The notes under the pieces are model-generated. The model was given only the letters and a program-made list of their open reading frames with translations, was not told where the DNA came from and ran no database searches. The translations under genes were made by a program, and so were the position numbers. From Haliotis rubra (Eukaryota), in the NCBI RefSeq assembly GCF_003918875.1, contig NW_025767288.1:620001-684000 (forward strand): a stretch of 64,000 nt of DNA. Direction: 5' to 3'. Below are positions 61,955 to 64,000 of this stretch, piece by piece (the first letter of the stretch is position 1; each line of letters opens with the position of its first letter).

Positions 61955-62103
61955 GTGAGTGAGATGGGTTTTATGCCGCTTTTTTAGCAATATTCAAGCA
62001 ATATCACGGCGGGCTTCACACATTGTATCCATTGTTGGGAATCGAACCCGGGCCTTCGGCGTGACGAGCGAACGCTTTAACCACTAGTCTACCCCACCGC
62101 CCC
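61955..62103 (-). mobile_element. Family B SINE
   Basis: Match to the family; TSD-like CTAAAGTCTACA / CTGAAGTTTACA. Confidence 0.9.
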
Positions 62104-62284
62104 TGAAGTTTACAGAACCCTCTCCCTCTACAGTATCCTCCTATGTATAACCTACTCTCATTAAAGGAATGCTACCCTTCCCCACCTAGTCACTGGACGT
62201 CGCACGACCGACTTTCGTTGTCAAACCAAACTTTCCAAAAGCTATTGCCTAATAAAACCATAACACATACCACGGTGATGATCT

Positions 62285-62945
62285 GTGGCGTGTGCATTTC
62301 GTGGCTAGTTCAACCCAGGGTATGTTTATGGCGTGTACATTTCGTGGCTGGTTCAACCCCAAGGTATGTTTATGGCGTGTACATTTCGTGGCTGTTTCAA
62401 CCCAGAGTATGTTTATAGCGTGTACATTTCGTGGCGGGTTCAACCAAAGGTATGTTTATGGCGTGTACATTTCGTGGCGGGTTCAACCCAGGGTATGTTT
62501 ATGGCGTGTACATTTCGTGGCTAGTTCAACCCAAGTTATGTTTATGGCGTGTACATTTCGTGGCTAGTTCAACCAAGGGTATGGTTATGGCGTGTACATT
62601 TCGTGGCGGGTTCAACCCAAGGTATGTTTATGGCGTGTACATTTCGTGGCGGGTTCAACCCAGGGTATGTTTATGGCGTGTACATTTCGTGGCGGGTTCA
62701 ACCCAAGGTATGTTTATGGCGTGTACATTTCGTGGCTGGTTCAACCCAATATATCTTAATAGCGTGTATATTTCGTGGCTGGTTCAACCCAAGGTATGTT
62801 TATGGCGTGTACATTTCGTGGCTGGTTCAACACAAGGTATGGTTATGATGTGTATATTTCGTTTCGGTTTCAACCCAAAGTATGTTTATGGCCTATTTAT
62901 TTCGTAGCGGGTTTAAGCCAAATTATGTTTATGACGTGTACAGTT
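62285..62945. repeat. 43-bp tandem repeat, ~15 copies (GGTATGTTTATGGCGTGTACATTTCGTGGCTGGTTCAACCCAA)
   Basis: Direct periodicity. Confidence 0.97.
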
Positions 62946-63554
62946 TGTGCCGGATGTAAGCACATGCATGGTTCAGATGTTTAGGACAATTTGTGAAAAA
63001 GAATCAAAAGAAGTGATTTATAATGATTACAGAAATGGGTTTTCTTGTCACCGAAGTGTTTAGTTGTTGCCGGTTTACTTTATGAAATTTGAAAACTTAG
63101 AAAACTTGGTAATAGTCTTTGAAAAAATGTAGGATGTAGATCAAGTCGCTTTGCTTCGAAAACATGCATTTTTAGCATAAATAGACAAGAAAGACTGCTG
63201 ACCTGGTGATTCATATATTAGCGTGAAGGATAAGAGTGTATTCAGGGCATCGATTCCACAGCGGCGGGCAAGAAGTCTGGAGGAATATATTTATGGTTCC
63301 CCAATAAAGTTCCCTTACCGATCACCCCCACCTCCAGTCATATACACTTGTAAAATAAAAAGTTACTCTGAGTTTAGTTTTTTAACTGTTCATATACAGG
63401 TCCAATACTAATTTACAATGAACTGTCCTTGTCGTATGGGCAGACTAAAATGGTGATCGGGTGGTTGAAATGTGTGTAATCGTCCTTGACGGCATAAATC
63501 GACAACTTGTTATAATATATGTTGATGCGGTGTTAAACAACAATCAATCAATGT

Positions 63555-64000
63555 GGTGGGCGAGCTGTCTAAGGGGCTGGGCTAGTGATCCAGAGAGCTT
63601 GAGTTGCCGGATCGATCCATCCTGTGACCGGGTATAAATTATCTAGGAGTCAACTTTGTGTGCAGAATCTTTCAGTGTTGTCACAACCCCTAGTGTACAG
63701 TACACAACCCCTTTGCACTTAAAAGAACCCACGAATCCGTTGATATATGACAAGATGGTGGCTACATGTACACGTGCAAACACCTAGTTGCGGGTACAGC
63801 AACGTGCAGTAAACTTGGAAAAGTACTGTGACTATGTGTCCCAGTCCACCCAGCTGTGAATGGGTACCTCGTAAGGATGGGAGAGCCACATTAACTCGGA
63901 GCGCCTAGTGGCTGCAAGAGTTGTATACTCCCTAGGAAGTTGAGACTGATAATACGATATGCCGTTTGAGTTGAATATCAAATGATCGAGGAAAAATCAA
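63555..64000 (+). mobile_element. Composite SINE: degenerate tRNA-like head, Nin/Deu-like domain, CORE-like domain
   Basis: GTCAACTTTGTGTGCAGA...GCACTTAAAAGAACCCAC (Nin-like) followed by GTCCACCCAGCTGTGAATGGGTACC (CORE-like); domain names are from recall. Confidence 0.6.

Noticed and set aside
59567-62984. Repetitive ORFs in the 30-bp and 43-bp arrays; CRISPR-like appearance
   Set aside because: Head-to-tail repeats without unique spacers, eukaryotic context, no cas genes

Overview
This is AT-rich, repeat-dense eukaryotic (animal) genomic DNA, most likely a mollusc. The SINE families and their (GAGT)n/(CAAA)n tails point to a gastropod such as abalone, which is an inference. No long intact CDS is present, and almost all ORF-track entries come from tandem repeats or SINEs. 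Retroposons: about 15 copies of a tRNA-Asp-headed SINE (family B), about 15 copies of a roughly 250-bp headless retroposon (family A) sharing B's 3' tail, 5S-rRNA-headed SINE3 copies, other tRNA SINEs, and Penelope-type minimal hammerhead motifs. DNA elements: TAG...CTA MITEs with 9-bp TSDs (AcademH-like), two Tc1/mariner transposase relics, TA-flanked MITEs, and a 4.55-kb Merlin-like element (8-bp TSD) filled with (GGGTAA/GAGTAA)n. Also present are several minisatellites, tandem duplications of about 3.6-3.9 kb and 782 bp, one N-gap, and tentative small minus-strand exons of secreted-peptide-like genes. The best candidate for something new is the fixed 5' end of family A, which forms a pseudoknotted RNA module supported by several compensatory base changes between copies in this window. 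It could be an uncharacterised ribozyme or other 5' RNA element defining a retroposon that lacks an intact Pol III promoter.
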